A stretch of 64,000 bases of DNA, taken from assembly GCF_009914755.1 (NCBI RefSeq), contig NC_060943.1. One strand, written 5' to 3'. How positions within the stretch are numbered: the first letter of the stretch is position 1; each line of letters starts with the position of its first letter. The notes under the pieces are model-generated. The model did no database searches and was not told the DNA's origin. It saw nothing but the letters and a program-made list of their open reading frames with translations. This DNA is from the human T2T-CHM13v2.0 reference genome, Homo sapiens. The translations under genes were made by a program, and so were the position numbers. Below, in pieces: positions 19,994 through 42,353 of this stretch.

Positions 19994-21415
19994 TAGAGTG
20001 TTCTTTAATTTGGATGTACCTCATCTTTTATGTATCTTTGGGAGGAATACCACATAACTCATGTGGTTTATCCCATCGAGAGACACACAGTGTCAATGTG
20101 TTCCATTCTTGGTGATGTTAACTTTTATTACTTAGTGAAAATAATTCTAAGAGATTTCACCACTGTAGAGTGAATAAATGAATATGTGGGATTCATCAAT
20201 GAATAAGTAAAAGGATGCCAACTGGCAAAAGAACTGAGTTGGGAGGATGGCTTGAGCCTGGGAGGTCGAGGCTGCAGTGAGCCGTGATGGCACCACTGCC
20301 CTCCAGCCTGGGTGACAAAGCAAGACCCCGTCTCAGAAAAAATTAAATAAATAAATAAATACCCAGCACCTGAACATCTCGGGCATTTCCTGTGCCTCTT
20401 ATATTGGGTCCCTGGTTTCTTGGAGCGTATGTCTTTTTTTTTTTTTTCTTGGTTTAGCTTCTCATTTTTGTAAAAAACACGTTCTTATTTTGTTTACCAT
20501 TTTGACAAAGGCGAATTTGGGTTAAAACTTTGGGACCCTTATAAGCTTGACAGTGTCTGTATTCTACCTCTTTTGGATGACACCTTAACTAGGTTTGAAA
20601 TTTTAGGTTGAATGTGGTTTTCACTTAGAATTTTGAATTATATAACATTGTCTGCTAGCTTACAGTGTTTATCTTAAAATATGACAATTTGATTTGTGTT
20701 CTGTTACTGTTCTTTGTCTTTCAAAGCATTTAAAGGCCAGGCTCAGTGATTCATGCCTGTAATCCCAGAGTTTTGGGAGTACGAGGCAGGAGGATTGCCT
20801 GAGCTCAGGAGTTCAAAACCAGCCTGGATGACATAAGGAGACCCTGTTTTCATAAAAGTAAAAATAGGCCGGGTGTGGTGGCTCACACCTGTAATCCCAG
20901 CACTTTGGGAGGTCGAGGTGGGCAGATCACCTGAAGTCAAGAGTTTGAGACCAGCCTGGCCAACATGGTGAAACGCTGTCTCTACTAAAAACACAAAATA
21001 TTAGTTGGGTGAGGTGGCATGCACCTGTAGTCCCAGGTACTCAGGAGGCTGAGGCAGGAGAATTGCTTGAACCCAAGAGGGCATGGTTGCAGTTGAGCCA
21101 AGATCGCGACACTGGACTCCAGCCTGGGCAACGGAGTGAGACCCTGTCTCAATAATAATAATAATAATAATTTTAAAAAACATTTAAAATTGTCTCTTCG
21201 TACTAGTTTTCTGAAATTTCACAGAAATGTGTTTTGGTGTGGTTCTTGTTTCTTTCGTTGTACAAGGTACTCAGTGGATCTTTGTATTAATATTTTGAAG
21301 ACTCATGATCTGTGTTTCTAGAAATCGCCTTTTGTTTGTTCTGTGAAGTTTTCTTCCATTCATTTTTCTTCTCTCTTTCTGAAATTCTAAACATCCTTTT
21401 AGTTGGATGTTATAA

Positions 21416-21586
<171 letters not shown>

Positions 21587-22829
21587 TGAGTAGCTGGGAT
21601 TACAGACACCTGCCACCACACCTGGCTAATTTTTGTATTTTTAATAGAGACGGAGTTTCACCATGTTGGCCAGGATCGTCTCGATCTCTTGACCTCGTAA
21701 TCCGCCCACCTCAGCCTCCCAAAGTGCTGGGATTACAGGCGTGAGCCACCAAGCCGAACCACGCATTGTCTATTTTCTCATTATTTATAGCATTGTTTTG
21801 CAGCATACTTGTTGGAGTCAAACATTTGTTACTATCCAATTATTATTATTGTTATTTGAGATGGCCTTTTGCTCTATCGCCCAGGCTGGAGTGCAGTGCT
21901 GCACTCCTAGCTCACTGCAGCCTCAACCTCCTGGGCTCAGGTGATCCTCCCACCTCAGCCTCTCAAGTAGCTAGGACCACAGGTATGTGCCACCACACCC
22001 AGCTAATTTTTTTATTTTTTATAGAGACGGGGTTTGACCGTCTCCAGGCTGGTGTCGAACTCCTAGGCTCAAGCAATCTGACTGCATCAGCCTCCCAAAG
22101 TGCTGGGATTACAGGTGTGAGCCACTGTGCCCAGCCCAACTATCATCATCTTTATTTTTATTATTATTATTTTTTGAGACAGAGTCTCACTCTGTCACCC
22201 AGGCTGGAGTGCGATGGTATAATCTCAGCTCACTGCAACCTCCGCCCCCGCCCGGTTCAAGCGATTCTCCTGACTCAGCCTCCCAAGTAGCTGGGGTTAC
22301 AGGTGCTTGCCACCGCGCCCAGCTAATTTTTGTATTTTTAGTAGAGATGGGGTTTCACAATCTTGGCCAGGCTGGTGTTGAACTCCTGACCTTGTGATCT
22401 ATCCGCCTCGGCTTCCCAACGTGCTGGGATTACAGGTCTGAGCCACCGCGCCTGGCCACTATCTTATTATTAAATAATGTTACATGCAGTGTCTTTGGGG
22501 AGAGAATTCAGTTTTTCAGAGACAGACTTTGCTCATTTCCTGATTTGTTCATTTTAATTCAAATAGTAAAAGCTTTAGAAAGGCATGAGGATTGCTTGAC
22601 TCCAAGAGTTCAAGACCAGCCTGGGTAACAAAGCAAGACCCCATCTCTACAAAAAACACTTTTTAAATTAGCCAGGCCTTGTGGTATGTACCTGTAGTCT
22701 CGGCTACTGGGAAAGGTGAGTTGCGAGGATCTCTTGGGGCCAGGAGTTGAAGGCTGCAGTGAGCTATGATTGCACCACTTCGCTCCATCCTATGCAACAG
22801 AGCAAGACTCTGCCTCGGTCAATCAATCA

Positions 22830-23204
<375 letters not shown>

Positions 23205-23569
23205 TCAATACTATGAAATAAATCAATAGGTGGTATAAGCAGTAACTTGAGGGATACTTCCCGTAGCATTGATAGGACAGGTGACTGAGAGATAACCCTT
23301 GAGCTTTGGTGGTGAGGAGTCAGCAGTGTGGAAGGGTATTCCAAGCAGAGGCACAGTTACACTAAAGATGCTGAAAAATCAGAGAGCACTTGGAGCATTC
23401 CAGAAACAGAAAGCAGCCTGGTGTGACTGAAGCTTAGCAAGTGAGTGGGAAATTAGTTTAGATTTAGGATGCAGAGGTCAGCATTTTCCATATCATGTGA
23501 GGAAATGATAGTGCTGAGATTACAGGCATGAGCCACTGCACCCAGCCCCAAACCAAGTTTTTACAGTGG

Positions 23570-26017
<2,448 letters not shown>

Positions 26018-27570
26018 TTGGCCAGGCACAGAGGCTCATGCCTGTAATTCCAGCACTTTGGGAGGCCAAGGGGGGGCAGATCCACTGAGGTCAGGAGTTC
26101 CAGACCAGCCTGGCCAACGTGGTGAAACCCCGTCTCTACTAAAAATACAAAAATTAGCTAGGCATGGTGGCAGGCACCTATCGTCCCAACTACTCAGGAG
26201 GCTGAGGCAGGAGAATCACTTGAACCTGGGAAGTGGAGGTTGCATTTGAGCTGAGATTATGCCACTGCACTCTAGCCTACATGACAGAGTGAGACCCTGT
26301 CTCAAAAAAAAAAAAAAAACTTACAGTAAGGCTAAATAAATATACAAATTAGGTGTGTGTGTTAGTATACATACATTTCCTAGTTCTGCCCACTAAGAGG
26401 GCCTAGAAGCAATGACACACCAGTAGCAATGAGCACACTTGTCACCCTGATCTTGGTGATTTTGTTTTTGTTTTGTTTTTAAAAATAGAGATGGGGTCTC
26501 ACTGTGTTGCCCAAGCTGGTCTCAAACTCTTGGCCTCAAGGGATCCTCCTGCCTCAGCCTCCCAAAATGTTGAGATTACAGGCCTGAGCCACCTCACCCA
26601 GCCCAAGATTTTGGTGCTTTGTAAATAAAACTCTTCAATAAAAGAAACCAAGGATCTTTAAATGAATGGTTTATTCCACGTCTGGGTCAGGGAAAATATC
26701 AAATGAATCAAAACATTTTATGGTGCCAGAAAGTTGGGAATTAGTCCCGTACCCCAGCCCCCTGATAAAGGCATGCTATAAATGGAATACAGGAGCCAAC
26801 CTAAAGAAACTCCCAAGGCCAGTGTTCTTTTTTTTTTTTTTTTTTAAGATGGAGTTTCACTCTTGTCGCCCAGGCTGGAGTGCGGTGGTGTGAGGTGTGA
26901 TCTTGGCTCACTACAACATCCGCCTCCCAGGTTGAAGCGATTCTCCTGCCTCAGCCTCCCGAGTAGGTGGGATTACAGGTGCCCACCACCACACTCAACT
27001 AATTTTTTGTACTTTTAGTAGAGACAGGGTTTCACCATGTTGGGCAGGCCGGTCTCAAACTTGTGACCTCAGGTGATCGCCAAGCCTCGGCCTCCCAAAG
27101 TGCTGGGATTACAGGTGTCAGCCACTGCGCCCGGCCTACTTTCTTATTGTTTTCAGTATCATAACCATGTACATGTTCAATTGCGCATATACTATGTTCT
27201 CTACAAAGGTGCAGTTTGGACCTGACTCATCTCTATCTCCAGCTCCTAGGAACATAGGAGGTACTCAGTTACATGCTTGAAAACTGCTGGGGAACAGAAA
27301 TATAAGTCTAAGGACCATGAGTAACATTCATTTTCATCTACCACAAACAGATATACAACTCATCTGAGCCTTGGTTTGATTCATTCATTCATATGTTCAT
27401 TCTTTAATTTGTGAAGTACTTATAAATGTCAATACACACTTGATAATGTAGTGGATGCTGGAAATTCAGGAGTATCCATTCAACTTCCTTACGAGATCTA
27501 TGGAATAAAGTATGTACTATGCTCAAGGTGAGCACATGGTTCTAGAAAAAGCCAGAGGAAAAGTAGCTCA

Positions 27571-28014
<444 letters not shown>

Positions 28015-29027
28015 CTAGATTTTTTATCTTCCATGAAATGATTAATGCTGCTCATAAGACTTGAGAGAAATTAAATACCAAAGAGTAAAATTTTATGCAA
28101 TTGGTCAGGCACGGTGCCTCACACCTGTAATCACAGCACTTTGGGAGGCTGAGGTGGGCAGATCACTGGAGGTCAGGAGTTCTAGACCAGCCTGGCCAAC
28201 ATGGTGAAACCCTATCTCTACTAAAAATACAAAAATTAGCTGTGGTGGCTTTCCTCTAGAAGAGCTGGGTGCAGTGGCTCATGCCTGTAATCCCAGCACT
28301 TTGGGAGGCCAAGGCAGGTGAATCACTTGAGCCCAGGAGTTTGAGACCAGCCTGGGCAACCTAGAGAGACCTGTCTCCACAAAATTATTGGGGCATGGTG
28401 GCACATGCCTGTGGTCCCAGCTACTTGTGAGTTTCAGGTGGGAGGGTCACTTGGACCCAGGAGGTCAAGGCTGCAGTGAGCTGTGATCACGCAACTGCAC
28501 TTCAGTTCGGATGATGGAGGTGAGACCCTGCCTCAAAAATATAAAGTATTGGTACTCTACAACAAGAGCATTGCATTGTCACCCATGTAGACAATAAATT
28601 GACTCAGAATCACAAATACTTATATTGGGGACCTGTATGTCAAGCCCTAGGAAGAGTGCCAGGTCATCATCTGGGAAAGGAAATATTAGGAGTATTGGGG
28701 TGTGAATAGTACTGCACAGAATTCCAATTCATTTCAAAATATATTTCACAGATTATCACAAACCAGGAAATGAGTTGTGTGTAATTTTCTTTGTTTTTGA
28801 GACAGAATTTTACTCTTCTTGTCCAGGCTGGAGTGCAATGGCTCGATCTCGGCTCACCTCAACCTCCACCTCCCCGAAACCTCTGCCTCCCAGGTTCAAG
28901 TGATTCTCTTGCCTCAGCCTCCCGAGTAGCTGAGATTATAGGCATGTGCCACCACACCTGGCTAATTTTGTATTTTTAGTAGAGACGGGGATTCACCATC
29001 TTGGCCAGGCTGGTCTTGAACTCCTGA

Positions 29028-29240
<213 letters not shown>

Positions 29241-30302
29241 TGACACTCAGCTAATTTTTGTATTTTCAGTAGACACAAAGTTTCACCATGTTGGCCAGGC
29301 TGGTCTCAAACTCTGGGCCTCAAGTGATCTGCCTGCCTTGACTTCCCAAAGTGTTGGGTACAGGCATGAGACACGGCACCCAGCCAGTTGTATGTAGTTT
29401 TAATCAAACAACTCCCCAAATTCAATGAAGACACCAATTGTATTCATATCCTGCCCTACTAGTCACCCAAGTGAATATCATTATCCAATAATGAAATACC
29501 TCTAAAACAACCACATGCTGGAGGGCTGGGGGTTAAAGGAAGGAAATATATGATTTTTACTATTTGCTTTTTTTTTTTTTTTTTTTTTGAGATGGTCTTG
29601 CTCTGTCGCCCAGGCTGGAGTGCAGTGGTACAATCATGGCACTGCAGCCTCGACCTCCCCGGGCTCAGATGATCCTCCCTCCCCAGCTTCCAAAGTAGCT
29701 GGGATTGCATGCGCACACCACCATGCCTGGCTAATTTTTGTATTTCTTTGTAGAGGCCACGTTCTGCCATGTTGCCTGGGTTGGTTTCAAACTCCTGGGC
29801 TGAAATGATCCACCTGTCCCAACCTTGTGAAGCGCTAGGATTACAGGTGTGAGCCACCAGGCCTGGCCTGTTTTATTGTTTAATACTTTAACATTTGAGG
29901 CTTCCAATTGCAAGCAACAGTCTCAGCCTTTGGTAATTAAGCCAAAAAGGTAGGTAGCTCACAGAATGATTGGGAGGGATAGAAATCCAGGCTCCAGGCT
30001 AGGCTTCTAGGAGCTATGCCCAAAATTATGCCATGGGACAGGTATAGTGAGTAAGTCACCTGCCTCTCCTGCTGGCACAAGAACAATGGGAATTGCCACT
30101 GTTGCCACGCTGATGTGCTGTCTGCACCTGATACACGATATATGAGCAACTACTCTTGCCTGTGAAAGCCGGAACCTCTGCCTCCACCCTTGCACGCAAG
30201 ATGAATTCATGTGAAACCTTAAGTTGATCAATTTTGAAATATCTTGATATGAGTTTCATTGGTGAAACTTAGACACATGACTTAGTCACGTGCCCTACTT
30301 CA

Positions 30303-30572
<270 letters not shown>

Positions 30573-30772
30573 CTATCTTTTGACATCTCTTCAGTAACAT
30601 ACACCTTTCTTCCATAATCAAATTTAACATCTTCATCTACAACAAAATGGTCTTGCCCCATATACTGCCACTACCTCACTAACGTAAATGCAAAGTTCCT
30701 CCAAGTGTCATAAGTTACTGTGACCATTTTCTTTCTTTTCTTTTTGACATGGAGTCTCGCTCTGTCGCCTAG

Positions 30773-31870
<1,098 letters not shown>

Positions 31871-32111
31871 ATGAGGTATGTCTAATTGTTGAATGCTATG
31901 AAAGGTAACCAATGGAGATATTGAACATCGTGAGAGTGGCCTGGCGCTGTGGCTCACACCTGTAATCCCAGCACTTTGGGAGGCTGAGGTGGGCGGATCA
32001 CGAGGTCAGGAGTTCGAGACCAGCATGGCCAAGATGGTGAACCCTCGTCTCTACTAAAAATACAAAAATTAGCCGGTTGTGGTGGTACGTGCCTGTAATC
32101 CCAGTTACTCA

Positions 32112-32330
<219 letters not shown>

Positions 32331-32595
32331 TCATCAGGTAATACATCAAGTGGATATATTGAGAAGGAGCAGGATCTACCTATTATATAACACAGAGATA
32401 ACCACTCAGATATATAGATTAGAAATAGTTTAGAAAATTTAAACATCTGATTATTCAGGGAGTAGACCTGGGAGCATTGGAGAAATGATGGGGAGTAGAC
32501 TGCATGGAAAGCTCTTTCTTAGTATGTGATTTTTCAATTATGCACATAGGTTTCTTACATAACATGTAAAATTCAATTAAAGAAGAAACAAAGTT

Positions 32596-33118
32596 GTGTT
32601 CTGGGGTCCCAAAGGTTCAGTGATTAATTAGAAGAACTCACAAAACTGAGTCAAGCTGTTATTCTCATGGTTATGGTTTATTACAACAAAAAGATGCAGA
32701 TTAAAGTCAGCAGCAGCAAAAGGTGCGTAGGGCAGAGACCAGGAGAGACCAGGAGAGACCAAGCGCAAGCTTCCAGTTGCCCTCTCCCAGCGGCATCATG
32801 TGTACAGTGCTTAATTCACCCAGCGATACATGGCAGAAAGTACAGAAAATACTCCCCAGCAAAAAGCTTACCTGAGCCTTGGTGTTGAGGGTTTTACTGG
32901 AGGTTGGTCACATGGACAAGAGCACCCATTTGGATGACCTTAGTTTCTCTGTCTCCACCCTTCCCAAGGTCAAGCTGACACTGCATGGTCCAGGGTCCCC
33001 ACAATAAATCACATTGTTAACTCCTACAGAGGCAGGATATTCCAAGGACTTAGAGGTTATTTCCTGGGAGATGGACTAGAGTCAAACCTTTCTTTGGAGT
33101 GTGCGGGGTTTGGACAAT
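32596..33118 (-). mobile_element. MER21/MER77-group LTR fragment
   Basis: Contains gaactcacaaaactgagtcaagctgttattctcatggttatggtttattac and agcttccagttgccctctcccag, typical of this group (from recall). Confidence 0.5.
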
Positions 33119-33244
33119 TCAGGCCTACTTAGTTTCCTTGACTGCACACAAGTGATAGTGAGTATGTAGGAAATGAATAGTCTCATATATTGCTGGTGAA
33201 AGTATAGTGTTGTATAAACCTCTGGAAAGAAATCGAGTGTGTAG

Positions 33245-33595
<351 letters not shown>

Positions 33596-33718
33596 TAAGC
33601 CGGGCACGGTGGCTTACTCCTGTAATTCCAGCACTTTGGGAGGCCAAGGTGAGTGGATCACTTAAGGTCAGGAGTTCGCGACCAGCCTGGCCAACATGGT
33701 GAAAACCCATCTCCACTA

Positions 33719-33925
<207 letters not shown>

Positions 33926-34144
33926 TTAAGTTGTATATACACATATTAAATATATATACATATATTACATTTTATACACATACATTTGTTTCCTCATGCA
34001 ATTTGTTTCAGCAGAAGTAAAAATTAAAGATATAAGTAAAAGAATATTTACAGAAGCATTATTTTTGGTGGCAAAAGTACTTTAATATCTTTAAATGCTC
34101 ATATAATGGAAGATAGTTTAACTCTTACAAAGAACGAGTTAGTT

Positions 34145-34763
<619 letters not shown>

Positions 34764-34862
34764 AAAAACATTTAAAATCCCTGAAGGAAAAGGAGGGGAG
34801 GCCAGGCGCGGTGGCTCACGCCTATAATCCCAGTTTTTTGGGAGGCCGAGGCGGGCGGATCA

Positions 34863-36660
<1,798 letters not shown>

Positions 36661-38529
36661 CATGGAAGACTGTGTTGACCATTTTACACACCCACTGCAT
36701 GTGTGTATGTGTGTGTGTGCGCGCTGATTAATGGACTTAGGTAAACTTTAGCGTTTTGGTAGGCAATGCAGTTTTTCAATGCCTTTTCTTTTTCTTTCTT
36801 TTTCTTAACATCTTTAAAGGCCTTACCCCAGTAAGTGTGGATTGCAATTCATTAATGCCTATCCTTTATTGAGTCCTTGTCATGCATATTTATTAATAAT
36901 AATTCATAATTCTTACAACTCAGAGACACCAGAGACTCACATGAGAAGAATGGCTGTGGATTTTTATTTACTTATTTATTCATTTTGGTTTCTGTAGATT
37001 ATAAAAGTCATTCATTTGCATCAAGTCACCAAGTGTATACTTTGTTTTCTAAAAAAAAATTCTAATTACAAAAAAATTGTTTTTAGACAGGGTCTCACTC
37101 TGTCACCCAGGCTGGAGTGCAGTGGTATAATCATGGCCACCATTGCCTCGACATCCTGGGCTCAAGTGATCCTCCCACCTGAGCCTACCTAGTAGCTGAG
37201 ACCACAGGCATGTACCAATACTTCCACCTAATTAAAAAAAAATTTTTTTTTTGTAGATATGTGGGTCTCACTATGTTGCAGAGACTGGCCTTGAACTCCT
37301 GGGCTCAACTGATCCTCCCACCTTGGCCTCCCAGTGTTGAGATTACAGGTGTGAGCCATTGCACCCAGCTGATAAAATCTTAAAAAGAGTAACTTTGGGA
37401 CCTAATGTAAAATTTCCACTGAGATGATGCGTCAGAAATTAAGGTAGAATAAGATGGTCCTAGGGCATCTGAAACAACGGAAACTCAATCTTGGGCCAGG
37501 CGCGGTGGCTCACGCCTGTAATCCCAGCAATTGGGAGACCAACGTGGTTGACTCACTTGAGGTCAGAAGTTCGAGACCAGTCTAGCCAACATGGTGAAAC
37601 ACTCTCTCTACTAAAAATACAAAAATTAGCCTGGAGGTTGCAGTGAGCCAAGATTGCGCCACTGCACTCCAGTCTGGGCAACAGAGGGAGACTCTGTCTC
37701 AAAAAAAAAAAAAAAAGAAGAAGAAGAAGAAGAAACAAAATCTTAATTTCTTCATCAAGTGTAAAACTGTGGACTGGACTCTGGAGGAATAATACATAAA
37801 AAGACACACAGGCAATTTTTTTTTTAAGTTTTATTGAGAAATATTAATAACATACCACAGAAGCCACCCATTGAAACTGTAAAATTCAACGGTTTTCAGT
37901 ATATTTGCACAGTTGTGCAAACAGCACCACAATAAATTTTAGATCATTTTCATTACCCCGAAGAAAACCGCATATCCCTCCATTTCCCCCCAACTCCCCT
38001 AACCCTGGGCCACCACCAATGTACTTTGTTTCTATGTATTGGTCTATTTTGGACATTTTATTTAAATGGAATTACAAAACGTGGTCTTTCGTGACTGGCT
38101 TCTTTCACTTAGCATCATATTTTCAAGGTTTACTCAATGTTGCATGTGCAGAGGGGGCACTTTACGTAAGGATAAACCTAGGAGGGAGGTGCTTATTGAT
38201 TTTGAAACTTCACTCCAATATTGTAAAAGGGAAATGATTGGTTTCAAATAGAGGAAAAACCTATTCGGGCTAAAATCCTCCCTTTTCGCCAGTTTGTAAT
38301 GTGGGGTTTTATTGCGAAGAATGGCAAGGTTTTTATGCATATTTTCTGCAAATTCTCCCTGTGTTTGGGGAACAGTCACAGAATGTGGAGGTGTGGGCTT
38401 CTGGACTCTGTGGCTGGAGATTCAAGTCCAGGAGAACTCAGGTCCCAGGTTAGGCAGAGAAAAACAGTCCAAGAGTGCCGATAGAACTCTTTGAAATAGA
38501 AAATTTAAAATGTCCCCTCCCAGAGAGTC

Positions 38530-39060
38530 CCAGATAACCACACAAAAGAGGAGTTTGCTGAGCTGGTCCGTCGCGATTGTCCAATAAGATGCAGACAGAC
38601 TGGGAAAGAAAGGAGTTTATTTCTGCAACCGGTTAGACGGAGAAGCCAAGTAACTCACCAGACCAACTCAAAGTTTCAAGTTTTTTTCTAGTGCTTATAT
38701 ACATCTTAAGCTCAATGCTATGGTGGGACTGCACCTACAAGCAGAAATGTTGCATTCAATCAACATCTAATCTTTAACTACGGTCTAGGGTCTGGAAAGA
38801 TTTCTCTAGAGTCTTGGAAAGTTTCTGAATCTTAAGACAGGCCCAGGTGAATGTGTAAGAATACTATTATTATTCGATCAGACTTTAGGGTCTGAGAGGA
38901 CCCAGGCGGGGTCTTAATGGGTTCGTTTTCGCATTCCATCCCTGATACTCAGGCACCAGTTTCTCAATTTCTTTAACGTTTAACTTATGCATTCATCAAA
39001 ATTATAGTAAAGTGTTAATGGAAACTGTTCTGGTTGCTAATGGAAACCTGGCCTGCCACA
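38530..39060 (-). mobile_element. ERV1 (MER4-group) solo LTR
   Basis: Minus-strand start TGTGGCAGGCCAGGTTTCCATTAGCAACC, with TATATAA and AATAAA in the expected order. Subfamily not assigned and left boundary approximate. Confidence 0.55.
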
Positions 39061-39939
39061 CTGCCGAACTGAAGCCCACTGCAGAACACTGAAAATGCCT
39101 GCAAACACTGACTTTACTGACAACTCTTAAATTACAGAAAATCAAGTTCATGCTGCCTCCCCGATCTGTCCTACGGAATTGCTAGTTACAAACGTGCACA
39201 TTGTCCTAGGTTCGGTTTTGCAAAGATGGAGCCCTTCAGCGAAAGCATTTGTTTGATTTCATGCATTAATGTTTCCTCTATCCATTTCCTTTTTACTTAT
39301 TTATTTAAAGACGGAGTTTCCCTTACTGCAACCTCCGCCTCCCGGGTTCAAGTGATTCTCCTGCCTCAGCCTCCCAAATAGGTAGGATTACAGGCATGCG
39401 CCGCCATGCCCCGCTAATTTTTGTTTTTGTTTTTTTCTTTTTTTTTTTCTTTTGAGACGGAGTTTCACTCTTGTTGCCCAGGCTGGAGTGCAATGGCGCG
39501 CGCGATCTTGGCTCACCGCAACCTCCGTCTCCCGGGTTCAAGCGATTCTTCTGCCTCAGCCTCCCGAGTAGCTGGATTACAGGCATGCGCCACCACCCCG
39601 GCTAATTTTGTATTTTTAGTAGAGACGGGGTTTCTCCATGTTGGTCTGGCTCGTCTTGAACTCCTGACCTCAGATGATCCACCCGACTCGGCCTCCCAAA
39701 GTGCTGGGATTACAGGCGTGAGCCACCGCGCCCGGCCAATTTTTGTATTTTTAGTAGAGACGGGGTTTCACCACGTTGCCCAGGATAGTCTCGAACTCCT
39801 GAGCTCAGGCAATCCAGCCGCCTCGGCCGCCCAAAGTGCTGCGATTACAGGCGTGAGCCACCGCGCCCGGCCTATTTTATTTTATTTTAAGACGGAGTCT
39901 CACTCTGTCGCCCAGGCTGGAGCGCAGGGGCGGGATCTC

Positions 39940-40054
39940 GGCTCACTGCAACCTCCGCCTCTCCGGCTCACTGCAACCTCCGGCTCACTGCAACCTCCAA
40001 CTCTCCAACTCTCCAACTCTCCAACTCTCCAACTCTCCAACTCTCCAACTCTCC
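39940..40054. repeat. Compound tandem repeat inside an Alu: GGCTCACTGCAACCTCC x3, then (AACTCTCC)7
   Basis: Read directly: 17-mers at 39940, 39965 and 39982, then seven perfect 8-mers at 39999-40054. Confidence 0.95.
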
Positions 40055-40187
40055 GGTTCACGCGATTCTTGTGCCTCCGCCTCCCGACTAGGTGGGATTA
40101 CAGGCGCCCGCCAGCACGCCTGGCTAATTTTTGTATTTTTAGTACAGACGGGGGTTTCATCATGTTGGCGGCCGGACTGTTCTCTAA

Positions 40188-40472
<285 letters not shown>

Positions 40473-40646
40473 TAGCCTGTTTGTTGATCACAAGACTGGC
40501 GGTGCACAAGGTTGGGTCTCGGTGTTCACCGGGCGGTGGGCGTGGGCGAGGTGGGAGGGTCTCCAGCGCCTGGTGCTAATCTCCAAGAAAGTGCAGGAAA
40601 CAGCACCAAACGTGATTGCAAAGTTTTGGTTTGGCGCGGCGGGTAG

Positions 40647-40913
<267 letters not shown>

Positions 40914-41014
40914 TAGCCAGGATGGTCTCGATCTTCTGACCTCGTGATCCGCCCGCCTCGGCCTCCCAAAGTGCTGGGATTACAGGCGTGAGCCGCCGCG
41001 CTCGGCCGGCCCCA

Positions 41015-41225
41015 AACACTTCTTATTGGCTAATCTGGAGCAAACCTGCATATCCATTGGCTGAAAGCTCCGTCTATTTTAGGGTGACTGAGAGCGTCTC
41101 TTCCTTCTGTGTTGCCTGGAAACGGACTGTTCGCCTAGTAACATCTGATCACGTTTCCCATTGGTCACCGTTTCCGGAAGCCCGCTCTCCCGTTTCCGGA
41201 ATCCCCGCAGGCGCTGGGTCTGCAG
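41015..41225 (+). promoter_or_regulatory. CpG-island promoter of a plus-strand lncRNA
   Basis: Three ATTGG (CCAAT) boxes at about 41025, 41057 and 41160. Two TTCCGGAA double-ETS palindromes at about 41172 and 41194. YY1-like GATGGCG at 41225. High CpG content. Confidence 0.75.
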
Positions 41226-41493
41226 ATGGCGTCTAGGTACACAGTGGCGAGTGTGATTCCGCAGTCTTGGGCTGTTTGGCCAAGCGCCCGCCGGACATGG
41301 TACGCCGAAGGGTCATCGGCGTGGAGTCCTCGCTTTCAGCGTCCGCGGCTGGGAAATCGGCCATCGCTACGGCGGGAACTGGGACTCGGGCTGCGTCCCG
41401 GCCCTTCCACATCGGTCCACCGCACTCGTGGGCGCCCGCATTGGTGCTGACATAATTTCCTGACCTCTGACCCGTATTGTCTCGCGATTAAAG
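41200..41493 (+). ncRNA. ZNF790-AS1: Probable exon 1 of ZNF790-AS1 (LINC00665-like), start approximate
   Basis: CpG-rich exon ending in AAG|GTAAAA at 41494, oriented toward and antisense to the ZNF790 3' end. Identity from recalled locus order ZNF850, ZNF790-AS1, ZNF790. Confidence 0.65.
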
Positions 41494-41900
41494 GTAAAAA
41501 ACGGGGCTTTTTCATCCCACTGGGGTAAAACGCCCTTTTATTTCTAGCCAGGTGTTCTGTTGCAGAACGCCTCGAAGGGAGGGAGTGACCGGCAGGTTGA
41601 GGTTTATTAAATAAAATACATTCCTGGTTTATATTATGTTTATAATAAAGCACCCCACCCTTTAAAAAATCTCACGTTTTGCCAGTTGCATTATTTAGTG
41701 GACTGTCTCTGATAAGGACAGCCAGTTAAAATGGCATTTTGTTGTTGTTGCTAATTAAACCAATTTTTAGTTTTGGTGGTTTTCCTAACAGCAGCAACTT
41801 CTCAGGCTTTATAAAATCATATTTCTTGTGGGAAATTTCTGTGAAAGGCGCAGCGAGTTAGTTTGGAATTGTTTTAAAGGAAGTAAGTTCCTGGTTTTGA

Positions 41901-42353
<453 letters not shown>

